Shown here in pieces: positions 27,137 to 40,800 of a stretch of 64,000 bases of DNA (position 1 is the first letter of the stretch; every line of letters begins with the position of its first letter). The translations under genes were made by a program, and so were the position numbers. The DNA is taken from contig NW_024704743.1 of the NCBI RefSeq assembly GCF_018977255.1, positions 16,990,001-17,054,000 of the forward strand. Reading direction: 5' to 3'. The stretch comes from Callorhinchus milii. Lineage: Eukaryota. The notes under the pieces were generated by a model. The model did not search any database, was not told the DNA's origin, and saw only the letters and a list, made by a program, of their open reading frames with translations.

Positions 27137-29925
27137 TTACATTCCAAAAACATAGCAAAATCTCACTTTGGAGCAGGGGAAGACAAAAAGGTGGATGAGG
27201 AGAAAGTAAAACTGTTCCAAAGAAACTCTACACACAGCATTATTATACTGTTGAAATTGGTCACTGGCAAATGTTATCCCAACAGAAGCTTGAACAATTT
27301 TCAATAACTTAGTGGCTTTTACTCCTGTGACAGACTAACAGCAAAACAAATCTGTACAGATTGAGCTGACAAAATCTACGAGACCCTAACATCTCCTACA
27401 TTTACATGGAATATTCAGGTAATAGTTAGTAGTTTCCAACTATTCTTAATACATTTTCCATTCTTTTTAACTTGGATGCAGACCAAAGTTTCAAGATGGA
27501 ACACCAGATTTCTTCACTAAGCAAATGTGAGACTTCCTTCCAGTCGTTTGCATTCATGAGAGGTCTACACAGGTCCGGAAACCATGCAAGATCAGCAAAG
27601 ATTGCAAATACTCCCTGTGGATACCAGTCTGGAAAAATTCTGTAATACGGTATACTGAAATTTGACTGAAGTGACAATTTAATTTCAACTTTCGCAAAGA
27701 CTTTGCAAGAGTCTCAAAAAGATAAGGACGACTCTGAAGAAACCAATGAGAATGTTTAAAACAAACATTTCCTGTTTGCTTAACAGAACATCTGCCAGCA
27801 GGAAAGAGAAAAAAAAATGAGAAAAGGTCCCCATGCACATACATATTAGGAGGAAAATAGGAAAATAGCGCAACCATAATGAACCCATGCCATGTTTCAT
27901 TGAAAGTTCAAATGCTCTCCTACGTTTCCAGTTTGGATCCCAACATATTTTCATAGGATGATTTAAGGAAGAGGAGAAACTTCCAGTTTATAGTACTTTC
28001 ACCAAATGCAAGGATGATTATTATTATTATTATCACAGCAATACATCTCAAGCTCTTCACAAAGCCTGCTTCAAATACCCAGACATGCTATCATCAGCTG
28101 TCAGGCTTTCAGCTTATCTGCCTCCATTCTGTGGAACTCCACCCGATTCCCTCCCTTCCTCACCCGTTTCAAAGTTCATCTAAAGACCAATCTCTCTGGC
28201 CACACTTTCGGTCATCTTTCCCCTCCCCATCTCCGGCAGCTCCCAACCCTAGCTTGGGTGCCAAGCCCAGATTATTAAACGCCTTGGTTTGTCTTCCTGA
28301 CGTAAAAAGCACTATATAAATGTAAATTTGTATTGTATTTACAAAAATTCTATCAAGTATTACTTTGTAAGCAAACATTACAGTGATTTTGCACCCGGCA
28401 AGGTCCTGCAAATAGCTATAAGGTGAATGTCTAATTAAACTAAAGGATTGTTGGCCAAGATACCAGGAGAAGCTTCCTTCTGGGATTCTTTATGTCCATC
28501 CGAAGAGCAGGTAGATGGAGGTCTTGGTCTAACTCCTCATCTACAACAATACTGCACTTTCCCAGAAAATGATAATAACTTCAGCCAGAGCAAGAGGTGG
28601 AAAAGGAAACCATCGCTAACAGCTTGTGTTAGGGATTCTATTAGTTTTAATCTGCTGCTCAAATTTTAAAAAATCAAAACCATTGCATATGCTGTTTAAG
28701 TGGTGGGTTGACCATTGTTGTATACAAAACACGATCAAGCCAGAGTCGAATGTAAAATGGACAAGGCTCAAATTGGACTATAGTGGCTGTTATGAGTCAG
28801 AATAAATAGCAGAAATGGCTTATCAGTGCTAAGCTTGCATATCAGTCTGGTTAGCTTCTTACTGTTCAAAATAGTCAATACTGATCTGCAGTGATTTAGA
28901 TGGTAAAAGCCTGCCTAATCACTGCTTTTGATAACGTCTACCAGATCATTAATGAAGACAAGAAACCCCGCAAGGCAAAAAGTACATCTAAGCGAACCAC
29001 CTTTTTTTTTATTGGATCTCGAGGCTAGTAGTTCCAGTCAACCAATGTGCTTTGAATCCAAATGGTGATCAGATAACATGCGGTTGTGAGTGAACCTTCA
29101 TTTTACATTCACTCTGGCTGCTGTGCGTTTGCCCATGATTACCAAGCATTCTAATCCATAAATCTGATTGTGAATTGACAGTGCTTACCACTTTCCTCTA
29201 AGCAGAGAAAATTAGGTCAGCTGTTCCTGTCAAACAGTCAGCTGGCATTCGTTTCTTTATGGCTCGCTGAGAATCTAAATGTCAGTCAGTTGGGTCCAGT
29301 TTTGCCAGAATCAAATCTCTGAAAGAGTCCCCTATCCTAACTGGGGCAAACCAATCACTGGGAGCAGGGATTCTTCCCACTCAACTCGTGTTAACCCTGC
29401 AAGCCAAAGCCCCAACGGACAGTGTGGCCCTCGCTGGACAAGCACCAGTAAGCTTACCAGACAGCACTTTCAATTGTAAGCTATGAAGTTTTAGCTTGTT
29501 AAGACTCCAGCAGTACCCCAACATACACCATGGGGTCCCCAAGCCTAGGTTCGTGCTAACCCTGATACTCTCCAGAATTAGATAAGCAGGGTTCCTTCAA
29601 CGAGAGAGCGCACATTCTATTTCAGACAGGTGTAGGTGGCATACATGTATAGAACTTTCAGTCTGATTTAGATATTCTTAAGCATGATACTGGGTTTCTA
29701 TTTATGGCAGATATAGATACCCAGCTGATCATAAACAATAGTAACTAGGTATAAGGCTTAAGACAAGATGCAATACGTTCACCAATTATATCTGATCTCA
29801 AATATACTACAGAAACATTTCCTAAAATTAACAGATTTGAGCTTCAAAAATACCGATCGAAGATACAAGATAAATATCTAAAACTTGTACAGAAGCATAG
29901 TCACTAAATAAAAACACCAGCTTAC

Positions 29926-30156
29926 CTGAACCAGATCCTGAGGTGGTCATGTCATATATTAAATCTTTGAGAGTGGTGCCCTCAGAAATGAAAGGATGAT
30001 CTATGGAGGGATCTTCCTCATGTGGAACTCGGTGGTGAATGACATTACGATTATGAAAAAAGTAGAGGGTCACCATCAATAAAATGCAAACCACACATAC
30101 TGGTCCAGCGATGACAGCTGCTAATTCCACAGGACCCAGGTTTAGTGAAGGATGTA
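29926..30156 (-). CDS. TGFBR1: TGFBR1 exon 3, transmembrane helix and GS domain (alternative in-frame start at 30165)
   Basis: Reads [31 protein letters not shown]...[16 protein letters not shown], |gtaagc donor. Two in-frame acceptors give a 231 or 240 nt exon. Confidence 0.95.
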
Positions 30157-32174
30157 CTATGATCTCTAGAAACAATCACAAACACAATTACAGAGTTAAG
30201 CAACAACAACTCTTATTTATAATCAATAAGTTGCCAGAAAGGCACCAGGTTTGCCACTTCACAGAACTACCAGATTTAGCTTTTCTCCCACATCTTTTTG
30301 CCAACCATGAGGTTTGAAGTAAAATGAGTCAACATTATCTTCTATTTCAAACAGTATTTTGAAATGCTGGAATCTTAGCACTAAGTTAATATTCACTCTG
30401 ACAACTTTGAAATATTTTAATTGAATTCATTGCTTCAACTACAATGTTCAATAAAAGACTTGCAGTGTTAAAATAAATGAGTTGAAAATAATCACCAGAA
30501 TGTGAATATCCTCTATTGAATGGGTTGCTGTAAGATCTTATTATAAGTCAGAACGGAAGTACACATGAATGCATTTTCTGAACATACACAGCTTTAACAA
30601 GTAGTTCCAATGATGGTTATAGGTAAAAGCATCTTGTGACAAAGTACTAAAACATACAGGCCTGTAAAGGTTCAGAATCGGAGTTAAAAAGAGCAACTGT
30701 TTGTACCACAACTAGCCTCAACAACACTGGGCTAGTGAGAGGGAAGAAAATCAAATCAGCCATGATTTTCCATCCTGAACTCTGTACAAGAGTGATTGGC
30801 TGAATCTCCTGTGCTGCTATCCACATGCAATGTCTACATTCACACCTGAAGCTCATACTTTTTGATGTGGTACTATGGGGCAGCGAACACTCTTGTGAAC
30901 CCAAACCTTCAGGGGAAACAAATAAGTTGAAAATAAACTTTGCATAGTAAATAACAATAGTTTTAGGCAATAGATTATTGTCCTATCCAGCTTCCCAAAA
31001 GATTCTGTTGACACTCCAGCTCTTCATTTTAATATAGAATCCTCTTCCAGGTACTCATCTAGTTATTAATTCAAATACTTTAATTCCTTGAGAGTTTAGC
31101 TCAGTTTGGTTTGCAGTACTCTTATCTCTGAAGTAAATGGTTGTGGGTTCAAGACCTACATATAGGTAACACTCCAGACCAATACTGGAAAAGCATGCCA
31201 TTCGTATGAGAATGAGATTCAGTCAGTCTAGATGAACATGAAAAATCCCATGACACTATTCAAAAAGAGAAGGTAGATTCTTCTGATGTCCTGAACAACA
31301 ATCCTCCAGACAAATTGATTAGTCTTTCACAAATCATGTCTTTCTTTTGATTTCACTTTATAGTGGTTTGTGGGCCAACTGTGTGAAAATTGGCTACTTC
31401 ATTTACCTACAAATAGTTACCAAGGTTGACAGAAAATCCCTGTTAAGGTCTTTGAGATTATAGATGCGATTATCAAATACTGTACAAGAATTATATTATT
31501 TGTTCTACCATCTGCCCTGCATTTTCTATTCTTTCATTGCCCTTAGTTTGAAGCTGTTTTTTGAAATCTGTACATTATACAAAAGATACCTGCGTTTAAA
31601 CATTGCATCATAAACACCCCTGCAAAAAGTTCAAGGTAATGTTTAATTACCTTGTTTACACTGCTCAATCACAATAACATTTTGGGTTCTGTTCTGCAAC
31701 TTTGAAAAGAATCTCAACTGTGGCAAAGCATTTTTTTGCAATCTAGTTTATAGCACTAGAATATAATTTGTTACCTTTATTAATGTAAATGTCACTGCTG
31801 CTAAGAGCTTTTGTAAATTTACACTGGGCTGGGTCAAATCAATTTATTTTGCAAAACTAGTAACGACCTCAGTTTGCACACCAAGATCCTTTTGCTTTTT
31901 GTACTCCCATTTAAGGTGCAATCATATTCCACAAAATTTGCACAAATATACTTAAGACCCTCCACTATTTCTTCTCTAGCTCCCTTCGGGATCCTCAGTC
32001 ACAGCTACGCAAAGATCCAACTAGAATTAGGTAGAGCACTACAATAAACCAAATATAGATCATAATAAATGTTTTAACTTGATATCTACTCAGCACTGTT
32101 TCTTTACATTGCATTAATAAACAGACCATACAAATCCAGATTGGATTATTAGCTGACAGTTACTGTGCAGTTAA

Positions 32175-32545
32175 ATAATAATCCTTGCATTTGGTATACG
32201 GCCTTTCATGTCAGAAGGGCATCCCAAAGCACTTTGTGGGATATACTGTGCAACCAATTTGCATGTGGCAACGCCCCACAAACCATGAAGTGATGGGACT
32301 GTTTATTTGGGGTAATGCTGGTCAAGACATCGGGGAAACTTTCTTTTTTAAAATAGTTCCATGAGATCTTTTAATATCCTCTTGAACAGGCAGACGGTCC
32401 TCAGTTCAACACAGCGCCTCCAGCAATGCACCCCACCCCACCACTGTATTGGAATGTCATCTTAGAAAATGAGTTACAAATCCCAACATGGGCTTTGAGC
32501 CTACGACCTCTGAATTAGAGGTGAGTGTGCTACTAACTGAGTCAG
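32175..32545 (-). mobile_element. DeuSINE
   Basis: Reverse complement of head, Deu core and tail. Confidence 0.65.
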
Positions 32546-35500
32546 CCCTATACATGAACAAAATAAAGTGAGAAAAACTGTTTATCAAAACATAAAACAA
32601 AAACTTTGTTATTCACTAATTCTAACACTGATTTATTTTACATCAACCTACCAAAAAGCCAGTTAGGATTATTAATAACTTGCATCTACATAGCACCTTT
32701 CATGAAAAAGACATCTCTAAAGTGTTTTATAAAATACAGTGGATGTTTTGGAAACAAAATGGATCTGCCCCTGCAAAGTTCCAAGCAAGTCAAGTTAATG
32801 TTATTGGGAGTTGAGTTTGGTACATTCAAATTAGCAGATAATTCAAAAACTGAGCAAGAGAACGAAAGGATTGAAGAATAGAAAAAAATGCAAGTAATAA
32901 ATGGAGAAAATAAAATGCAGATAGAAAATGGAGAGCAATGGACCAGATGTTGTTAATTGTCACCTTCTTCCATTATCGCTGAGACTTACACAGCCCCATC
33001 AATAATGACAGGCAATTATTTTTCCAAGTTTGTTTATTTTCTCTCATAGCCTTTCCAAGCATCATGAGAACACCAGCCAGACTAATAGCAAGACAGGCAT
33101 TGCAAAGTGGAGAACTGTTTTCAAACATGTCTGTTTTCAAGAGAAAAACAAAATTCTAATACTTTTTCAGTAGCAAACAAAAGAAATAAAAGCACTTCAG
33201 ACAAAAGAAACTGGCTCTTAAACAACTTGTTTATTTCATGTTGAATTCAGTTCCTCAAATCGGTTTCTTTTTGAGACAGCAGGATGTGTGGTAACAAACC
33301 TGTCTGGGAGCTTATGACTAATATTGGCTTACTTTAAAACCCTTAATGTTTGTTTTTCACATACTTCAGACTTTCAACTGACACCAAGACAGACAGCTTC
33401 CTTACTTCAGCTGTTAGCAAGTTAAAATGGTCAATTTTAAAACCAATGCTTAATATAGTCCCCTGTGTTGTTGAGATGTCTCAAAGCGCTTCACAGGACA
33501 TTACTGTGAAGTATATTGTCTGTATTTATAGGCAAAGAGGCAGCCAATTAACATGCAGCAACAGCCCACAAACAGACACAAAGTGAATGACCGTTTTTCC
33601 CCTTTGTGCCCAAAAAGCAATCACTTTCTAATATACATTTTAGCATAAAGACAAGTTGATTTCTGACACAACAGTGAAGGATTTGTGACACATACAACAA
33701 ATTTCAGCAAATTTCATGCTGCATTAAGGGATATCCTTGATAACCAAAACATTTCCAACATTGAAAGTGTGGGTTAGAAATAAAGAGAATAAGGGCATTT
33801 CATGCCAAACGTCCATATCTTAAGACGACATTTTCCGACATTAACATAAAATGCAACAATCAACATATGAACTACGCAGTAATGTGTATTTGTTGCTTGG
33901 ATGTTGGATGTCAACAATACAGGAGACTGACTTTTGGAGGGAGTGTGGGAATCTGTCAGGGTGTGTGGGAAGGAGGGGGTGGGCTATTGTTATCCACAAG
34001 GATAAGTTGAAGTAGGGCTACTGCAATCCCCAAGATAAGGCATGGATCCTCAAGTAAATCAGAATGAATCCAAACTGATTTTCCCTTTCTAACATGGGGC
34101 AGAAATTGAGGCACCTGGTTCCCTAAGTGAGATTAGTTAACTCAGCACAAACCTGGGTTCTTCCTGACTGAGCATTTTGAAAACAGCGACTGCATGTTAA
34201 AATGCATGATAGATAAGGTCTTGCAGGAAACTTCCTCAAAGTCAGACACAGCCAGCCACCTCGACTGATTTTTCTAAGAAACTATTTCCTGTTTCCTCTC
34301 ATTCTTTGCTCCTGCAGATCATAATGAACAATATAACTCGACATATAGAATGCCTCCAGCTCTCATTGGATTAATGTAACAATCTACATCAGGATACCTT
34401 CTACTAACCCAATCCACTACTGAATTATGATCGCACCGTCGCTCAACCAAACAATCTGAGGCACAAATTGGTCAAAATACAACTAGATTGTGGGAGTGAG
34501 TCCTATGGCAACCACCTTTGTTCATTATTCTATTTGCATAAATTAAGCTTGGGTTTTTTTTCTTCAGAAAAAGTTATTGGTATGGATTATTCCTACTTTA
34601 GAAATGCCTTGGAGACCGGGACATTTTAGGTAATACTTTGAATTTTTACCCTTGTTTTCACCCACACTCAGTGATCACAGTGGTCTCTTCTGAGCTGTTG
34701 TCAGCTGTGCTTTCTCTCTGTTGCAGTTTCCTTTGGAGGCTACATAACTGCTTTTTCTGTACACAACTGCTTTCGACTATCTACAGGCCTGGAGCCCTGT
34801 GTTGTACGTGGACCTGTGATTGAAAGGATCATCTCATTCTAATATTGTCACATTACCTAATCCACATCACTCTTCAAATATCCCCTTGGGTGGGGAGTTG
34901 TGCTTTATTCCAAGCTAATATTTAATTGCACACCTTTTTTTTCATTGGCTTACATGGGAGTCACCCCTTCTCTACGTTATTTGTCAGAAGATGGAACAAA
35001 GGAGCAAAAGAATCCGATTCAACCTATCGAGCCTGGTCCAACAGTGCATAAGGTGTCCGCAGCTCTTTTAATCCTGATATCTGTCCTTTAGCTATACTCC
35101 TCAATACTCTACCACAGAGACCTCTCTTTTAAACATTCCTATTGATTCCATCTCTGCAGCTTTGTGGAGCAGAGCACTCCACATTTTCACAACCCTGAAG
35201 AAATCTTTGCTGACCTCAGTTCTAAAAGTCTTAAAGCCCGTCTCAATTGGTAGCCTTTTCATCTCTCAGGTCAGAAGACTGTGGGTCCAAGCCCCACGTC
35301 AGTACTTTGAGTACTGTATGTACGTTAGTACATAGAGTCATGATGATGTGAAAAGACGCTTTCTCATTTGCAAGGATTACTTTTTAATCATCATCACAGG
35401 CAGCTCAACAGAGACACTGAGTAGGGGATTATACAGAGCTACACAGAAGTATTCCTGCGTTCTCCCTGCCCCCTTGCAGATGTGTCTGCTTATTTAGCTA

Positions 35501-36537
35501 TACTGGTGTGTCAAGTAATTTGACTTGTTTTCTTTGTGGGTCCAGGTGGGTTCAATCTACAGACAACAGTATCAATTGCTTGTCCTTATGTTACCCAACA
35601 GAATTTCCAAAGCATTCTTTTCTGGGGTTGTTAATAGTTCAACCATGGTTTCATTCATATGACTGTTTCAATTGTATTTATTGTTTTACGGTGACAATCA
35701 ATTACTGAATAGTTAAGTCTAAAAAAAGAAACGTTCTGCCTGCACCCCATTCTTCCCACTCCCCACTACCAGAGAATGAATCCTACAGTGGCCATCAATC
35801 TTTGCAAGTATGCAGTAATTGATGATTCAACATGATTTAAACCAGTGCAGTGACTTCAGGCCAATTGAAATCTAGGTGACCACAAAGTGCTTTATTAGTA
35901 TTGAGAATCGTCAGTGGATCGTTCATTCATTATATTTTTACTTTGCAAGTCATGCTTTTGTTTGCTTTTCTGTTAATCATTAGGACATCTTCAGCTTAAA
36001 AGATACAGTCAGAAAGCGACATTCTCTGGCTTTGGTGTGATCTTCCCTCACACAAATCTGTGAAATATGGATTAAGTTGCATTTAAACTCAGAGATACAG
36101 TTAGCAAACACTGGGTAGGGAGGTCAATGAAATGGAGACAAATAGTATTAAATCCACATGTAGACATTTGAAGAGAGAAACTAAGAGAGAACTTAAAAGA
36201 AAATTGATTTTAAGATCTCTTCATTTATGCAGATAAACAACCAAAGTCGCCAAAGACAGGTTTTGGGTCAGGAACATTACCGTTAAAGAATAAAGGTAGT
36301 ACTAAGTTTAATTTGCCAGCACCACAAAAAGATGACATAGGAATACCCAAATTCACAATCTAGTTGCCCTCTCACAAACACCCACAGAAATAAACAGCAG
36401 TGTGCTGTTCCCTTCAACCTGTACAAATAACAGAAAGGCGTTTCAGAACACTGACGCTAGATTACTGAAATAGTGGGTCTATGAACAGGACAAAATGAGT
36501 GTAGTACAGCACAGTGATATCCTTTAATTACAAATAA

Positions 36538-36901
36538 TAAAATAATAATAATCCTTGCATTTGATATAGCGCTTTTCACATCTTCTAAAGTCTCAAAGCT
36601 CTTCACAGAATATACTGTAAAGTGAATTGACTGTATAATCTGTGGGCAAAACATGGCGCACAGCAGTGTCCTATAAACAGTCGTGGATTGAGTGACCAAA
36701 TTAATATTTTTTTATTTAGGGATTATCATCCCCGGAAAAGCGATCTACCAATCAACCAACAACCGGGTTCCTACTTACTGCTAGGTAAACAGAGGGCGTG
36801 GAGTAAGGAAACTTGCCCAACATTTTATCCTGCCGGGAATAGAACCCAGGTCTCTCGCATGCGAGGCGAATGCTCTATAACCACTGAGCTACAGGACTCC
36901 A
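36538..36901 (-). mobile_element. tRNA-derived CORE-like SINE, near full length
   Basis: Reverse complement of the same family as 21198-21522. Confidence 0.8.
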
Positions 36902-37071
36902 CAAATGATTAAGTGATGAATGGAGACTGGAATCCATTTTAAAGCAAGAAAATTATTTCTTCTGGATTTTATTGGTTAATCATATTTGTATTTCTAAATT
37001 ACTGCCTGAAACAGTGTTAACATAGTTGATGTATCAATTTGGGCCAGTTATTTAAACATGTATAAATTATT

Positions 37072-38034
37072 TAAGAACATAAGAATTAGGAGCAGGAGTA
37101 GGCCATTCGGCCCTTCGAGCCTGTCCCGCCATTCGATAAGATCATGGCTGATCTTCTGAACTAACTATAATTACCTGCCCTATCCCCATATGCCCTAATC
37201 CCTCTATATTTTAAAAATCTATCAGTCTCAGCCTTGAAGATGTTCAAGGACTGAGCATCTACATTCTCTGAGTGAAGAAATGTTTCCTCAACTCTGTTCT
37301 AAAAGGCTGACCTTTAATTTTAAGACTGTGACCCCTGGTTATAGATTCTCCTACCAGGGGAAACAGACCCTCAGTGTCTACTTTATCCAGCCCTTTAAGA
37401 ATCTTATATGTTTCAATAAGATCTTCCCTAATTCTTCTGTACTCTAGAGAATATAGCCCTAGTTTATTCAGCCTATCCTCATAGGTCAGTCCCTTCATCC
37501 CAGGAACTAACCGAGTGAATCTACGCTGCACCCCCTCTAGGGCAAGTATGTCCTTTTTTAAATAAGGAGACCAAAACTGCACACAATACTCTAGGTACGG
37601 TCTCACCAAGGCCCTATACAGTTGCAGCAAGACTTCCCTATTCTTGTACTCTAAACCTTTTGCAATGAACGCTAACATGCCGTTCGCCTTCTTACTTGCT
37701 TGCTGCACCTGCAAACTAACGTTTTGAGACTGGTGTACAAGGACACCCAAATCCTGCTGAACATTAACACTATCTAATCTTTCTCCCTCTAGAAAATAAT
37801 CTGTTTTTCTATTTTTGCTACCTAGGTGAATAACTTCACACTTCCCCATATTAAATTCCATCTGCCACCTTCTCGCCCACTCCCCTAGTCTATCTATATC
37901 TCATTGCAATCTTTTTGCATCAGCCTCAGAGCTTACTCTCCCACCTAGTTTAGTGTCATCCGCGAATTTAGATACGTTACATTCAATGTCCTCGTCTAGA
38001 TCATTGATGTAAATTGTAAATAGCTGAGGCCCAA
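37072..38034 (-). mobile_element. 5'-truncated CR1-clade LINE in TGFBR1 intron 2
   Basis: Motifs [61 protein letters not shown]. The 3' tail reads aagaacataagaattaggagcaggagtaggccattcggccc on the + strand. Confidence 0.93.
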
Positions 38035-38283
38035 GCAAAAGTAGAATATTAAAGGTTAAGAGGAAGGAGCAGAAAAACAGGATTAGGTAACTCATATGAA
38101 AAACAGCAAGTAGATTTGATGCACTGCATGGTCTGTTTCTGAGTCTTTAACATTCTATGATTCTATTTCAATAGGTCTACTATGCAAACAAATTAGTTTC
38201 CAGATACACTTGGCACTTTTGAAATGTAAATTTGTCTTTTCTACTCTCAAAAAGTATGCTCCCACCCAGAATGGTAGGCTTAC

Positions 38284-38529
38284 CTTCGGTCGGTACAGGT
38301 AGATCAGGATTGTTGCACATATCTGAATTACAGCAAACAGCTGAGACAGCTTGCCTTGCAGATGGAGCACATACGAAAGGCCGATCTGGTGGAATCAGCT
38401 CAGAACTTGAAACGCAAATTTTGTTGTGCACTATTCGATCTCCTGTTCGGGTCACTGTTGCCAAGCAGAGTCCATCAGTCTCACATGTGAGGTTGTCATT
38501 CACACACTGGGAGCACACACACTTTAATC
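38284..38529 (-). CDS. TGFBR1: TGFBR1 exon 2, extracellular 10-cysteine domain
   Basis: cttgcag| acceptor and |gtaagc donor, 246 nt. Reads GLKCVCSQCVNDNLTCETDGLC...LIPPDRPFVCAPS...CCNSDMCN, with the Cys box and an N-glycosylation sequon NLT. Confidence 0.96.
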
Positions 38530-39799
38530 CTGCAAGAGAAAAAAAAAGGGGAAACCAAATGAAGAGTTTAATCAATAAAACAATGAGCCATCCTTTAGGT
38601 TATTCTCATATCCAGTAAGAAGCATTCTAGCTAGTTTTTGTTGGAGGAATCAGAGAGAAGTAAAACAAGTAGTCATTTGGCTCACAGTACAATATTCACA
38701 CTCCCCCTACCTCCCACCCCAAAATGACAATCCAAGATGGCTCATAGTATATGGAAAACTACCCCCAAAGGTTTATGTGGAGATCTTGTCCAAAGTCAGT
38801 CCATGTACCAAGCTGTTCAGTTACCCGCCGACTTAATTTGAAGCTGAAATGTAGATGAGGTAAGCAGCCTTCAGCTTTATCATGTTTTGTAGTGGGGATG
38901 AGAAATTTTAAAATGTGCACATCCTCAAGTACTGCATTTATTCTACAAATTTAGATGAGTTATACTGACAGCACAGATTCATGGAGCGGATGCAATGAAG
39001 GGGTTCAGGCAGACGAGTTGCAGTGTAAGCTCTGAACAAGTCTAAGCTCTGTGAATAACAGTCTGTGCTGAGTTACCCAATTTAAGATGTGGTGAAATGG
39101 TCAAACCACATACTGTTGAATTGATACATCGAGTCAAAACAAACTTAGTATAACTGGGGCATTAATTAACCATGTGAAATATTATTATGTGAAATATTAA
39201 ACAGGTTTTTATCAAATACATAAAAAGAACTATGGTTAACAAGTAAATGAAATGATGTCATCATTCTCCCATGAATGACAAATACTCATTTCAGTCTTCA
39301 TGGGCCAAAGGTACTGATTTAAAATCACTACAAAAATCACAAACACCAGGAATTTTATTCACAGAATGTTAACATTTTGAAAGGAGCATTATTTGAAATC
39401 AAAAACTTGAGTGGGTTCTGCCTTTTTAAAAAGACTATACCAAACAGGATTAGCTCCAGCTTCAAGGTAATGGAGGAGTCATTTACCTACACTCAACAGC
39501 CATGAAATTATATTGTTACAGACTGGTTTCATCATCACTGAGCACGTAATCACTAGTAATATGAAATGCGGTTTATCAAACAGACAGTTTTAAGGTCACA
39601 CGTTTGTTATGGCTGAATACAAGGGTTTATGAGCTGGTGGGTAAAATGTCCCATGTCAGCAATGAAATCGGCCCTGTTGGGATAACTTTTTTTGCAACCT
39701 CTCATAAGGCAGAAGGTGAGGAAGTTTCAATAACAGGATGTGGAAGACTGAAGGTGCCTTGTGAAGAAGCATGAACTTTGCTTTCACAGCTTCATTCAG

Positions 39800-40800
39800 T
39801 AATAATACTTGCATTTGATATATAGCGCGTATCACATCCGAAGGATGTCTCAAAGCACATTAAAGGAATTACTGTGAAATGGATGACTGTGTATTCATAG
39901 GCATAATTACAGACAGCAATGTCCCCCAAACAGTCATGAATTGAGTCACCAATTTTATTCAGGGGAATTGTTTTTTGGTTAACCAGGTGTCTGACACACG
40001 TGGTAACCCATCACCATGCTTAAGAGTATCCAAACCAAGCTGAGGTTTCCAGGCATCCCACCTACACATGGAAATCCCAGAGACAGATTGTTGGAATGGA
40101 ATGTGAACTCTCTCCCTGGAGAGACACATCCTGATTAGCTAAGTCCAGAAAGTATTAGGTGCAGGTTGGCAAGAGCCAAGGCTTGGGGATCCCAGAGTGT
40201 GTGTTGGGGTACTTTGGAGTCTAACCAGCTAAAACCGCATTGCTTATCATTGATATTGCTGTCCACCAAACTTTTCCGTTGCTTGTCCAGCTAGGACTAC
40301 CCTCCCCATTAAGGTTTTGGCTTGCAGGATCAGCAAGAGCTGAGTGGGATGATTCCCTGACCCCAGAGACTGGTCTGCTGTTTGAGCATGCCGATGAGTC
40401 AGGTTGGCTGTGCGGTCATCAGCAGTGCCATGGAATACTGCCAACCCGCCGTACCAGGAACCGGACTACCGCCACAGAGGGCTGGCTCCCACGTTCGGTT
40501 GCCAGATCCAAGGAGACCCTGCTTACCTCCCACCCAAGGAGGATAGTCACATTTGGGGGATTGTTGGCCAGGACACCAAGAGAAACTCGCTTCACTTTTC
40601 AAATCATACATCATCCACCTGAACAGGCAGACGGGACCTCAATTTAACATCTCATCCAAAGGTCGGCACCTACAACACCGCACAGTGCTGGATTGGATTG
40701 TCAGTTTTAGACTATGTGAGTTCAAGTCCTGATGTAGGATTTGAACCCACAACCTTCCAACTAGAGACAAGAGGGCTACCGCTGAGCCAAGTTGGCTCAC
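39800..40800 (-). mobile_element. DeuSINE split by a ~580 bp insertion (39973-40550)
   Basis: Head and Deu core at 40551-40800, tail at 39800-39972. Confidence 0.7.
39973..40550 (-). repeat. Unclassified ~600 bp interspersed repeat (best-preserved copy)
   Basis: Diverged copies visible at about 5550-6095, 10250-10830, 24430-24955, 29340-29730, 52250-53620 (split) and 63340-63470. Confidence 0.8.
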
